Below, piece after piece: positions 11,345 through 20,852 of a stretch of 64,000 bases of DNA. Below the pieces are notes generated by a model. That model searched no databases. It was not told where the DNA came from and worked only from the letters and a program-made list of their open reading frames with translations. A program made the translations under genes and the position numbers. The stretch is from Carpediemonas membranifera BICM (taxonomy: Eukaryota; Protista; Fornicata), in the NCBI GenBank assembly GCA_019828565.1, contig JAHDYR010000015.1, positions 718,986 through 782,985 of the forward strand. Reading direction: 5' to 3'. Every line of letters starts with the position of its first letter. Within the stretch, counting starts at the first letter, position 1.

Positions 11345-12330
11345 TCACTCGAACTCAATCTTGTCCGGCAGCCCCTGTGCCATGTGGGGCGTGAAACACT
11401 TTGCCGACGTTGCGCGGTCAAGTCTCATCGTGTCGTCGATATAGCGGAGCATCGAATTGATATCGGCCCATGTACCCTTGGCTGCGACTACGTAAGGGGA
11501 AACGCCAGCCAGGACTAGGTCGGCGGCTGAGCCGCGCCTAAGCCCGTGAGCCCGGATGCTGACTCTGTGGAAGACGCCAGCCATGTAGTCTCCAAGTAGG
11601 TCGAAGGAGATGGGCGTGGATGAGAGCGAGCCATCGACACGCGGCGCACGCCAGATAGATTCGTTCAGATCAGATTGAGGGAGGTTCTGAATGTGACGGG
11701 CCAGCCACCGCGCAGGGGAAAGCGGATGTCCCCGCACGTCCGGTACGAGCTTGAGCACGTTAGACCTCCCGGTCTTAGTCGCCTGAATACGGATCGTTAT
11801 ACCGCGCGCGCCCGCGGGTTTCACGTCTCCTCCTGTCAATCCGAAGATCTCGCCTGGTCTTGAGGTCGTCGAGTAGGCCACTAGTGAGAAGGCGAAGGCT
11901 TGCACCCACGTCTTCGGAAGGGGCCCGGAGGCGGCTGCCTCTGACAGTGCTTTGTGGAAGAGTGGCAGTCTTATGGGTGGGGCCTGACCGATCGGCTTGC
12001 CGGCTGCGCCCTTGCGGCCTCCTTAATGGCCGGACGGAAGTGTTCAGGGAGCTGGATGCCCAAGATGTCTGGCCCATGAGTGATGATGAGCTGGGCCTTC
12101 CGCATGATCGTGGTCTCGCTGCAGGAGGCTCTCTGCTGCCGCACCCAGGTAGCTACCTGCTCTACCGTGGGTGTTGTTGAGGCTAAGTCGACGAATGTCA
12201 CCAGAGTACCCGCGATGTGGCGTTTGTAGGAGTCTGAGAGGCCTCCGAGCCTGGGGTGTCCAACGAGGGTGTTGAAGGCTTCAGCCGGAACGCGAGAGCC
12301 ATCAGTCTGACCGTGCCATCGGCCCGTGCC
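11345..12330 (-). CDS. YR-B tyrosine recombinase (one frameshift near 11980)
   Basis: SRPGEI (R), ATKT (K), AHGLRRG (HxxR), GTW, LRY (Y) in 11345..11905; N-terminus lies in the 3' part of ORF 11971..14418. Start approximate. Confidence 0.85.
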
Positions 12331-14108
12331 GTCCTCTGTAGCTCTGTCCCATCGAATGAGCCCGGAGGGAGGCGGAAGTACCGCCTGTGTGGCGTTAAGC
12401 GCTTGAGGGCGAGGGTCGCGGCCGAAACTATGTCCGGCACGAGCACTACTGCCATTGATGACCAGCTGGAGGGATCCCCGTCCTGTGAGGGGGTGGTGAT
12501 GGAGGCCAGCTTCGATAGAGTGGCCGGGATGAGGGCCCACGGGGGTGCTGCGTAGACTCTGAGGCCCTCCCACCGGGATGAGAGACCATCCTGCGCGCGA
12601 GTAAGGGGCATGAGCGGGTTTGCCCCGATCTGCAGCGTCTTGCCTTCCTGTGCTGTGACGTCCACCTGTAGAGGCCCCCAAGAGTCGATGATATGGTCGA
12701 GGACCACCTGTGGCGTGCCCCAATCGACCTTGCTGAGCCGTGACAGCCGATCCGGGCGTACATTCAGGTGCCCGCTCACGTGCACCGCCCTGAGTAGCAG
12801 TCCTCTGGCTCTCAGGCGCGGGAGGATGCGATGGAGCTCTGCAATGACTGCTTGAGGGCATCGGGACGAGCCCTGCTTGTTGAGCCACGCCACAGCCGCC
12901 GTAGAGTCCGAGAATACGCGGATCTCCCGGTCCGAGACCGCTGTCTCCTGCAGCACGAAGTTGATGGCCTCCATTGCAGCGAAGAACTCCAGCTCCGTTA
13001 TATGACGGTCCTTGTTGGTGCTTGTTGGTACAGAGATCGTCTTCTTCGCTCCATCGATGCTGATGACGGCTCCTGCCGCGAATTTCGAAGCATCTGAGGC
13101 TATCGTAACGTCTAGGTTGCTGGAAGTGCCCCAAAGGGAAAGTAGCTCTTTCAGGGGACGTGGAGTATGGTTGTTGAGAAGCTTCTGCCAATGGACGAGC
13201 GCATTTCGCTGCTCCTCGGGGATCTTGACTCGATGCGACTCCACGGGCTCCCAGGACTGGAGATGCCTGAGCCAAAGGCGGCCTTCCGGGACTGCTGATG
13301 ACGCGAAGGACAGGTTGCCTGTCAGTCTCTTCCACTCGGCCGCTGAGGAGCCGCGGGCTAGGGCGTCGGTAATTCGCGAAGAGTACTTGTGCGCCTTGTT
13401 GCTCTCTACACGTATCGTTCTGCGCGCGGAGTCGATCAGCATCCCTAGGAAGACGGTGACAGTGGCGGGGTCCAGCTGGGATTTCTTGATGTTCAGGATA
13501 AGGCCCAAATTTTGCAGAAAGCGCACAATCTGCGGCATGCAGCTTGTCAGGTAGTCTTTCGGCGCGAGAAAGGCCCAATCGTCTAGATATACGACGATCT
13601 TGACGTTCCATCGGGCCGAAACAAGGCGAGCAGCTTCTAGCATTATCATCTGGAAATGGAACGGTGCTGCTGACCAGCCGAATGGAAGCACGCGGAAAGC
13701 GTATGGACGCCCGTCTATCATGAAGCCGAGCAGCTTGCGGTCCTTCAGTCTGATTCCTACCTGTTGGTACCCTGACTTCAAGTCTATACGGCACATGTAG
13801 TCCCCTGGGGCAAGGAGAGTGACCAGGCGCTTCACCCCGTGCAGACGGAACGACCTGACCTCGCTGGTGACGCTGTTGAGGGAGCGAAGGTCGTGTATGA
13901 GGCGAGTATCCGTCTCGCCCTTCGGTACCAGGAAGACTGGCGAGATGAGGGCCGGACTGCGGCAAGGTACAGCCGCACCCGAGGCGAGCAGGTCCGCAAG
14001 GTGCTTCCTCAACAACGGCTTGTCGCACGCCCGTGCTGGTGGAAGCCTGGGCTTTGAGGCTGCCTGCTGGATGTTGATGGGCACGCCGTCGCGAATCCAC
14101 CGCACCAC
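12198..14108 (-). CDS. YR-B RT / RNase H / MT-like protein
   Basis: RLIHDLR, DLKSGYQQ, LPFGW, YLDD, SDAS, ITELE, SDST, WGPLQVD..W..YAAPP; true start probably slightly upstream. Confidence 0.9.
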   Translation of the reverse strand: MVRWIRDGVPINIQQAASKPRLPPARACDKPLLRKHLADLLASGAAVPCRSPALISPVFLVPKGETDTRLIHDLRSLNSVTSEVRSFRLHGVKRLVTLLAPGDYMCRIDLKSGYQQVGIRLKDRKLLGFMIDGRPYAFRVLPFGWSAAPFHFQMIMLEAARLVSARWNVKIVVYLDDWAFLAPKDYLTSCMPQIVRFLQNLGLILNIKKSQLDPATVTVFLGMLIDSARRTIRVESNKAHKYSSRITDALARGSSAAEWKRLTGNLSFASSAVPEGRLWLRHLQSWEPVESHRVKIPEEQRNALVHWQKLLNNHTPRPLKELLSLWGTSSNLDVTIASDASKFAAGAVISIDGAKKTISVPTSTNKDRHITELEFFAAMEAINFVLQETAVSDREIRVFSDSTAAVAWLNKQGSSRCPQAVIAELHRILPRLRARGLLLRAVHVSGHLNVRPDRLSRLSKVDWGTPQVVLDHIIDSWGPLQVDVTAQEGKTLQIGANPLMPLTRAQDGLSSRWEGLRVYAAPPWALIPATLSKLASITTPSQDGDPSSWSSMAVVLVPDIVSAATLALKRLTPHRRYFRLPPGSFDGTELQRTARADGTVRLMALAFRLKPSTPSLDTPGSEASQTPTNATSRVLW

Positions 14109-14335
14109 TTCTGAGCGCGCCCCGCAGTCTGACCAGATCTGATGATCTGTGATGGACGGGAAGGTCGGATTGGCGTGCTGACTGTCGGGAGGCGACGGAG
14201 GAAGCTGAAGAGGCCCTGGAGGAGGTGACGGAGGGGGAGACAGCCCTTGTAGGGACGGAGAGGGAGGTGGGGAGGAGTGGGGAGAGGCAAGAGAGTGAGA
14301 GCGATCGCCTAGAGAGAGTCTTTTCGGATGTTTTC

Positions 14336-14854
14336 TTAATCTCTGGCGGGCTTGCCGCTTCGCTTCGGTGGGCGACGGGAGCGCTGAAAAGAAGCGCGTT
14401 CACGCTGGCGGTCGCCAAGCCTGGGGATCTTGGAAAGGGTGGAGAGGATCTTCTCCTCGATGATCGCCTCCGTAGCAGTTGGCTTAGCGCTGAGCAGAGC
14501 GTCAGTGGCGGTTTCCACCGCCAGGCCTACGTGGAACCCGTAGCGGTCCTTGATGGCAAGGGCCCTCTGGCGAGAGTAGAGCCTGTTGAGGAGCTCGGTT
14601 GATGAGGTGGACGCGTCAAACCGAATGGCTCGGTAGAGGCGCTGAAGGAAGGCCCATTCCCCTCGCATGGAGTCCGAATGCGGAGGGGTCCAGTTGTTGG
14701 AGCGCCGTTCATCCTCAAGGTTGGAAATAAGGCCCCGCAAGGTCTTGAGCTCCTGCTCGAGTTGCTCGTTGGACTTCGGAGTTACTTCGATGTCCCGTTG
14801 TTGCTCAATGGTCTCCTGCAGTTGCTCAGGTGTCTCGTTGTTGGTCGGTGCCAT
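14336..14854 (-). CDS. YR-B gag-like ORF1
   Basis: First ORF, ATG inside repeat A1, coiled-coil N-terminus like the ORF1 of YR-A and YR-C. Confidence 0.7.
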   Translation of the reverse strand: MAPTNNETPEQLQETIEQQRDIEVTPKSNEQLEQELKTLRGLISNLEDERRSNNWTPPHSDSMRGEWAFLQRLYRAIRFDASTSSTELLNRLYSRQRALAIKDRYGFHVGLAVETATDALLSAKPTATEAIIEEKILSTLSKIPRLGDRQRERASFQRSRRPPKRSGKPARD

Positions 14855-14996
14855 CTCTAAAGCTTATTCCTTTGCCCTTCGTCCGAACTGACTTGCTCGG
14901 AGTTGATCTCGATCCTCTTCGCAGAATCAGATCAGCAAATCGAACCGTATCCGGCGCAGGACCCCTACGTCCTATTGAAGGCGTGCCCCGCCAGCA

Positions 14997-15070
14997 GCCC
15001 CTATAGCTCAGTCGGTACGAGCGATAGTCTCATAAGCTATAGGTCGTGAGTTCGAGCCTCACTGGGGGCA
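14997..15070 (+). tRNA. tRNA-Met (CAT), elongator type
   Basis: Acceptor GCCCCTA/TGGGGGC+A, D arm GCTC..GAGC, anticodon stem ATAGT/GCTAT with loop CTCATAA, T arm GTGAG-TTCGAGC-CTCAC; TTTT terminator 3 nt downstream; no encoded CCA. Confidence 0.93.
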
Positions 15071-15299
15071 TCCTTTTACTAGATCTTGAGATTGAGGGTA
15101 GCAGTCGAGGCTAGCTAGACTAGGCTAGCCACCTAACTCATACTCCCAAAGGGGAACACCGTCCGCAGATCTGAGGTAAGTAGAGTAATTACAGTGGAGT
15201 ATGGCGGCTCCATGCCTGCCTCAAGTGCCAGCAGCTCCTTGCTGCTTTCGGCTGGACCGGGCGTCTCCTTGACGGCCTCCGGTGCGATGGTTTATGGTG

Positions 15300-15436
15300 T
15301 TAGAATGGGAACAGGGTGTTTGCAGTTTGTCGGGTTTGACGAGGGTGGTTGCGGATAGCCTCCCCGATGTAAGGCCGGAGAGAGTTGCCGTTAGCCCAGG
15401 TTCCGAGTTGGAGTAAGGTCTCTATCGGTGTGCCTG
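15300..15436 (-). pseudogene. YR-C recombinase C-terminus
   Basis: TPIETLLQLGTWANGNSLRPYI… continues …ELALAG across the CCTG TSD. Confidence 0.8.
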
Positions 15437-15588
15437 TGTGGCGACAACAGTATTTACACATAACCTGCGAAGCAGGGGTGAGTGTGCCCGTGGTTATAAA
15501 TAGCAATAATAATAACTGAGGCACTGACACTACCCCCCTCGAGCTGTAAGTGGGGCGTATGAATGATGGTGCCGAAGATATGTTTTGA

Positions 15589-15671
15589 TGTCATCAAATC
15601 TTTCGGTCAGATCTCGAGGATATTCTCCACGATATTCGCCAGGAGTCTGGGTTCGAGTCCCGGGATGGTCA
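15589..15671 (+). ncRNA. tRNA-like cassette, antisense in the G3a 3' UTR
   Basis: ATCT-TTCGGTC-AGAT D-like arm, CTGGG-TTCGAGT-CCCGG T arm with consensus B-box, then GATGGTCA and TTTT. Confidence 0.55.
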
Positions 15672-15915
15672 CTTTTGTCGAACAGCGGATCAATTGATGA
15701 GCGAGTTGTTCGTGATGACGGTATGATGTCCAGAATGAGCCTGGTGTGTTCGAAACGCGAAGGATACTTGTTAGAAAGTCCTTCTTTCCCCCCTTTTCCT
15801 GCTATCGGTTCTCGATGAGGGAATGCATGATGTTCCTGTTCGAACTGCGTTCGTTCGGATGAATGTTTGTACAATTGTGGCGTTGGCTTAAAGCAAAAAG
15901 GTGTTTATCAATTGA

Positions 15916-18900
15916 TTACTCCACACTGCCCTCCCTGAGCAGCCGAGGGTGCTTCGTCAGGTAAGCTTTGGCGGCCGGCGTATGTGCAAGCGCCTCGACT
16001 GGCTCTGTCGTAATCGCGTCGGACCCGACCCAGCGGACCTTGAGTAAACCGTCGCGGGTGTGACCCACGATCTTATCTACGAACCACTCTTCTTGGTCGC
16101 TCGAAGCGAGGTAAGCGAGCTCGCTCTCTTTGAGATCCGTCTTAAGAGGTATTAGGTGAGACAGGTGCACTGTCCGTCGTGTCGGTGTTGACTGCCCTTT
16201 GTCGGCGAGGAGCGGTGTTACGACGGCATTGTAATCGTGCACTGTGACGACCTTGAATGGGCCTGCGAGACCGTGGAGCTTGGTCTCTTGAATATTCTTT
16301 CGAAGCACGAAGTCTCCTGGCTTCAGTTTGGTCTTCGTGGGAGCCTCTGCCCTCCCTTCACGGTGGCGCTTGGCCTTCTCGTGAAGTTGCGCGGACCGAA
16401 CGAGCTTGCTGAGTAGAGTGTCGGTCGTGGTGAGGTACTCTGCGACTGAGTGGAGGGGGTTGTTGTCGGCGTAGTCCGAAGCGTCTTTCGGGCGAATCAC
16501 CTGCCGTGAGGCCGCCGCTGTGCCGTAAAGCAGCTCCATAGGGGTGAAGCCTGTCGTTGAGTGTGTCGTGGTGTTGAGGATCCAGGCTACATAGGGGAGT
16601 ATGTGGGTCGACCACTCGGAGAACTTGTCGAATTCGAGGGCTAGTACCCTCATGTGACGTTTGATTTCTCTGTTGACCCGCTCGACCAGCCCGTTGGACT
16701 GTGGGTGGAAGGGTGTGGTCTTGTGGTGGCTGGCGTTGAGCCTCTCGATGAGACCGGTGACGATTCTGTTGGCATATTCCGGTCCACCGTCAGTGTGTAA
16801 GACCTCTGGAATCCCGTGCCGGCAAATGATGGACCAGATGGCCGCCGCGGCCGAGTCGGCGTTGTTAGAAGGCGATGGTATGAGCTCGGTAAACCTGGTG
16901 AACATGTCGGTGACTACGACTACGTAACGGTTACCGGCTGTGTCCTGACTGATGGGCCCGAGCGTGTCGACAGCGATCCTGGCGAAGGGCGCGTTGCTCG
17001 TGGTGGTGCCTATCTTCACCTTCAGAAAGTTCTTGAGTCTGGTCTTCTGGCAGATCAGACATGAGTCGATAGCTGTACTGACGCTCTGCTCGAGGTTAGG
17101 CCAGTCCATGCCGCGGTCCCTGATCGCCTGAGCGGACTTCTTGACGCCCATGTGGAAACGATGACCCTCGCGTAGGGCTGCGGGCCGGCATGCAGCCGGG
17201 ACGAAGATCCTGCCGCGGTAGCGGATGATCCCGTCGTTGTCAGTTGTGCAATGCTTTGACGGCTTCTCCTCTGGGTGGTCCTTCTGCGCAGCTATGACTG
17301 TCTCACGCAGTGTCTCAAGTGCGACCTCCTCTATGTCTGTCGGAACGTCGAACGGGTATCGCGATAGGAAATCAGCCGTGACGTTGTCTGACCCTGCGAG
17401 GTGCTCAATAGTGAAGTGGAACTCAAGCAGCGTCATGAGCCATCTGCGATGCTTTCGGTTCGTCGCCGCTTTTGCGTGTAATGCGACTAAATTCTTGTGG
17501 TCGGTCCTGACTGTAAGGTCCGGGTGTCCGATGAATAGTGGCTGAAGGTCTGGCCTTGTCAGGCAGTAGACTAGAGCGAAGAGCTCTTGGTCATAGGTTG
17601 ACCATCTGCGCTGGACGTCCGAGAACGCCTTGCTGAAATAACTGACAACTCTCCAGCTGCCCTGTTCTAGCTGTAGCAGGATCCCACCCGCGCCTACGAG
17701 GCTGGCGTCTGTCTCGAGCCTCCATGGGAGCGATATGTCCGGTATGGCGAGCGTCTTCGCGTCTGCAAGTGCGTGGAGAACCTTCTCGAGCGCGTCCTTC
17801 TGAGCCTGGCCCCACTTGACGGTAGCGTCCTTGCGGAGCAGCGCGTTAACGGGCTCGAGCAGCTCTTGGCTGGACGGTATGAACTCAGCAACATAGTTGA
17901 TGTGACCAAGCACTTGGCGGACCCCGTGGACATTAGTCGGCCTCGGTAGATCGCGGATTGCGGCGATGCGTGTGGGTGAGGGGCGTCTGCCCTCCGATGA
18001 GATGATCTCACCCAACGCATGTACCTCCTTGTACCCGAAGTGGCACTTCTCAAGCCGTAGTCTGATGTTGTGGTCCTTCAGGATGCTGAGTGTGGACTTG
18101 ATGGTGGCTAGGAGCTCTTCAGGAGTGCTCGCGCCTCCCATTATGTCGTCTATATAGTTGCGGACTCGGTTGTCGTAGACGGGCCTGAGTGTCTGGGCTA
18201 CGGCGCGCTGAAACTGCGCCGGCAGGTTACGAAGCCCGAAGGGGGCGAAGAGATACTCCTTGAACGCGCCTGGCACACGGAACGCGGTGAGGTAGACATC
18301 ATCGGGTCTAACGGGCATCTGATGGAAGCCCTGTCGTAAGTCCATGGTGAAGAAGTAGCTCGACCCGACAAGATCTTGGACGAGGTGCTTGATGTCCGTC
18401 ATGGGGAATGCGTCGGGGATCGTGTTCTTGTTGATGTCTCTGTAGTCGCAGCAGAGTCTCAGCGGCTTGCGCGTGGTTGCATCTGAGCGGCGGTCGACGA
18501 TGACCACTGGGCTGGCGACGTGTCCGTGGGCGTCTCTGATGATGCCCTGTGCCTCCAAGTCGGCGAGTTGTTGGTTGACCTCATCTCTCCAAGCAGGGCG
18601 AATAGGCCGCGCGGCAGCCTGTGGTAGGTAGGCCCCGGGAACGAGGTCGATCGTGGCATGTGGCAGCTTGGCGCCGCCTGGTGCAAGCTTGGGAAGGAAG
18701 ACGGTGTCTCTGTACTTCTCCAGCTCGGACTCGAGCTCGTCCTTGAGGGGGAACTTCGGGTCTATGTCGAACGGAACGTGATCGGGCTCATCCACCTCGT
18801 CGACGTATTCATGGAGGCGCGAAGAGTCGTAGAGGTCGTCGCCGTCGTCTGAATTGCCGTCTTCGTCGAAGAGCTCGTCGATGAACTCGTGGGGGAACGG

Positions 18901-19596
18901 CGCAAACTCCGATGTATCCTCGGTGGTCGTCGTTGGAAGTGAGATGTGGATGCCTTGATCCGTCATCAGGCCGATGTGGCGAAGGACATCAGCTCCTAGG
19001 AGCATCTTGCTGGATTTTCCCGGGATGACGGGGATGATCCAAGAAAGCTGAACGGGATGTGGGATGATGTCAGCGATCGTAATAGTGGCTTCGATTGCTG
19101 TCTTATCCTCAATCAGGCGTTGATCTGCCGCTTTGAGCTGTAAATCGTGCGTGGTGATCTTGATGTTGTCGTTTTGCTTCAGATCGTTGAATGTCTTGGC
19201 GGAAATGCACGTTCTTGCTGCAGCTGGATCTATCTTAGCTACTATCTCCGTGTTAGCGACCTTGATGGTGTGATAGATGGCTTTTCCCGAGGCGCGGTGA
19301 TCTTCGACTTCGTCGATATCGGAGTCGGAGTCGGATGACTCGTAGAGCTCGTTGACGTCGCTCTCGAGGCGGTTAGTGTGAGCGTTGCGCTTCCAGGCCT
19401 TCCTGGGGCCTGAGTTCTGGGGGTCAGCTTGGCGGGACTGATGGGTATGGCCCGAGGGCTGTGGCGGCGGATTGGGCCTTGTCTGGCCGCTCTGGCGCGG
19501 CTGTTGTCGTTGGCCTTGCTGTTGAGCCGGGCGCTGTTGGCCTTGCTGAGGGGTAAGACGTTGCTGGCCGGAAGGGCGGTCTGAGCTGTGGCTCAA
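15916..19596 (-). CDS. G2 gag C-terminus + pol (PR, RT, RH, IN, chromodomain); stop codon inside the 3' LTR
   Basis: IDPAA, YIDD, ETDAS, HHCC, DTLGP/TDGG/NGLVE, WFVDKIV..RWVG. Confidence 0.92.
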   Translation of the reverse strand: MSHSSDRPSGQQRLTPQQGQQRPAQQQGQRQQPRQSGQTRPNPPPQPSGHTHQSRQADPQNSGPRKAWKRNAHTNRLESDVNELYESSDSDSDIDEVEDHRASGKAIYHTIKVANTEIVAKIDPAAARTCISAKTFNDLKQNDNIKITTHDLQLKAADQRLIEDKTAIEATITIADIIPHPVQLSWIIPVIPGKSSKMLLGADVLRHIGLMTDQGIHISLPTTTTEDTSEFAPFPHEFIDELFDEDGNSDDGDDLYDSSRLHEYVDEVDEPDHVPFDIDPKFPLKDELESELEKYRDTVFLPKLAPGGAKLPHATIDLVPGAYLPQAAARPIRPAWRDEVNQQLADLEAQGIIRDAHGHVASPVVIVDRRSDATTRKPLRLCCDYRDINKNTIPDAFPMTDIKHLVQDLVGSSYFFTMDLRQGFHQMPVRPDDVYLTAFRVPGAFKEYLFAPFGLRNLPAQFQRAVAQTLRPVYDNRVRNYIDDIMGGASTPEELLATIKSTLSILKDHNIRLRLEKCHFGYKEVHALGEIISSEGRRPSPTRIAAIRDLPRPTNVHGVRQVLGHINYVAEFIPSSQELLEPVNALLRKDATVKWGQAQKDALEKVLHALADAKTLAIPDISLPWRLETDASLVGAGGILLQLEQGSWRVVSYFSKAFSDVQRRWSTYDQELFALVYCLTRPDLQPLFIGHPDLTVRTDHKNLVALHAKAATNRKHRRWLMTLLEFHFTIEHLAGSDNVTADFLSRYPFDVPTDIEEVALETLRETVIAAQKDHPEEKPSKHCTTDNDGIIRYRGRIFVPAACRPAALREGHRFHMGVKKSAQAIRDRGMDWPNLEQSVSTAIDSCLICQKTRLKNFLKVKIGTTTSNAPFARIAVDTLGPISQDTAGNRYVVVVTDMFTRFTELIPSPSNNADSAAAAIWSIICRHGIPEVLHTDGGPEYANRIVTGLIERLNASHHKTTPFHPQSNGLVERVNREIKRHMRVLALEFDKFSEWSTHILPYVAWILNTTTHSTTGFTPMELLYGTAAASRQVIRPKDASDYADNNPLHSVAEYLTTTDTLLSKLVRSAQLHEKAKRHREGRAEAPTKTKLKPGDFVLRKNIQETKLHGLAGPFKVVTVHDYNAVVTPLLADKGQSTPTRRTVHLSHLIPLKTDLKESELAYLASSDQEEWFVDKIVGHTRDGLLKVRWVGSDAITTEPVEALAHTPAAKAYLTKHPRLLREGSVE

Positions 19597-20747
19597 GGCC
19601 TTGCACTGGGCCGAGGTGTGTGACGTGTTGTAGCCGTGGTAGTCGCAGTACTTCCTCAGGCTTCGGGGGATGAAGTACTTCGACTTATCCTTGAACTGGA
19701 CATATGGGTCATCGCCGCTGACCTTCCCTTGCCTGCGGCTTTCTGCCTGCTGTCGTGGCGCTGTTGGGCTGGCTCTTGGCTGGCGGTTGGACCTTTTTCG
19801 CGGCGAATGCGCGCCAGGGCGTGATGATCATTCCGTCGTGGTCTTCGTCGAGTTCTGCGAGAGCGTCTAGAACGCTGTCGACGGTGCCATCGGCTTCTAT
19901 CTCGGCCTTATAGATGGCCTTAGCCTCCTTCGTGTAGCCAATGAGCGCTAGTTCCCTGATCTTCGCGATCAGCGCGGCTTCGTGGAGCTGTTCGTAGTTC
20001 GGGGCCTCGATGGCGGGATTGATTTCATCGACGGCCTCTCGAAGGCGTTGGATGGCCACTCGGTGTGTTGCGGCCTTTCCATAAAGCTCGTTCGAAATAT
20101 TGAGGGAGATGAGGCGGGCGCCGGCATCGAGTGACGGAAGCAGAGTCATGAAAAGATGGGGGCGATCGCGTCGGCCTCGTCCGCAAGCTGCTGTCGTATG
20201 TCGGGGGCGTCGTGGCCTGACTCCTCCTCGGCAGCCGTAGCGAGCTCTTGACCGTCGCGGACTGTGGCTGCCGGGTTTCCTTCCTCGAAGACGTTCAGCA
20301 ACGGCGTGTACTTCGGGTTTTCTGGGTCTATAGCGGAGACTGCTGCGTCAAATAGGGACGTGGCGCGGCGCTGGGCGGCCGCAGCCAAGGGGCCATCGGG
20401 GTGCTTCAGGGCGGCAGAGGAGGCAACGTTAACAGATCTTCCTCTAGGAGTGCCTTGATCTGGGCCATGACGGCCTTGGAACTGACCCGATCTTCTGGCT
20501 TATGCTCTTCACGCAGAGCGCGGCGGACCTCAGCGTCCGACATCGTGTCCTCTTCCATAGCCTCGTAGGAGGCGTATTCCTTCGTCTTCCTCCAATTAGC
20601 GTGAAGGAACTCCGTCGTGGCGGGATCAAAGGTGCGAATAAGTGAAGTAGGGCGCTTCACATGAGGCAGTTCTCTCTTGTAAGACTTGATGGCCTCGGAG
20701 AGCTCATGTGCGTTTGTTACACTGACAAGCATGTTTTCGCCTCGCAT
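19597..20747 (-). pseudogene. G2 gag, frameshifted
   Basis: Consecutive ORF pieces 20406..20747, 20146..20388 and 19709..20149, starting 14 nt after the 5' LTR. Confidence 0.7.
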
Positions 20748-20852
20748 TGCAGTGAATTCACTGTGGCGTTGGCTTAAAGCAAAAAGGTGTTTATCAATTG
20801 ATTACTCCACACAATAAGCAACATCAACATGAGATTAGGATGGGCTGATGTT

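Larger units (their letters stand above)
10544..14994 (-). mobile_element. YR-B: complete PAT-like YR retrotransposon with split direct repeats A1-ORFs-B1-A2-spacer-B2
   Basis: A1 14845-14994 = A2 11003-11152 (150 bp); B1 11150-11196 ~ B2 10544-10600. CAG occurs at both ends and at the B1/A2 junction. MT-like domain plus split direct repeats is the PAT architecture. Confidence 0.9.
15876..20811 (-). mobile_element. G2: chromodomain Gypsy element with identical 50-bp LTRs
   Basis: LTRs 15876-15925 and 20762-20811, TSD CAAT (empty site visible in G3b near 43477), PPT AGGGAGGGCAG. Confidence 0.95.

Noticed and set aside
11971-14418. 815-aa ORF as a single novel protein
   Set aside because: It is the overlapping recombinase frame of YR-B; only its last ~110 aa look like the YR N-terminus. 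Long overlapping frames are normal in DIRS-order elements.
14997-15070. tRNA-Met as the primer for the neighbouring Gypsy elements
   Set aside because: No element has the complementary TGGTGCCCCC sequence after its 5' LTR.
15530-15874. ORF in the G3 3' UTR (also 43478..43951) as an env-like or accessory gene
   Set aside because: Short, no signal peptide or recognisable domain, overlaps the tRNA-like cassette, and ends differently in the two copies.
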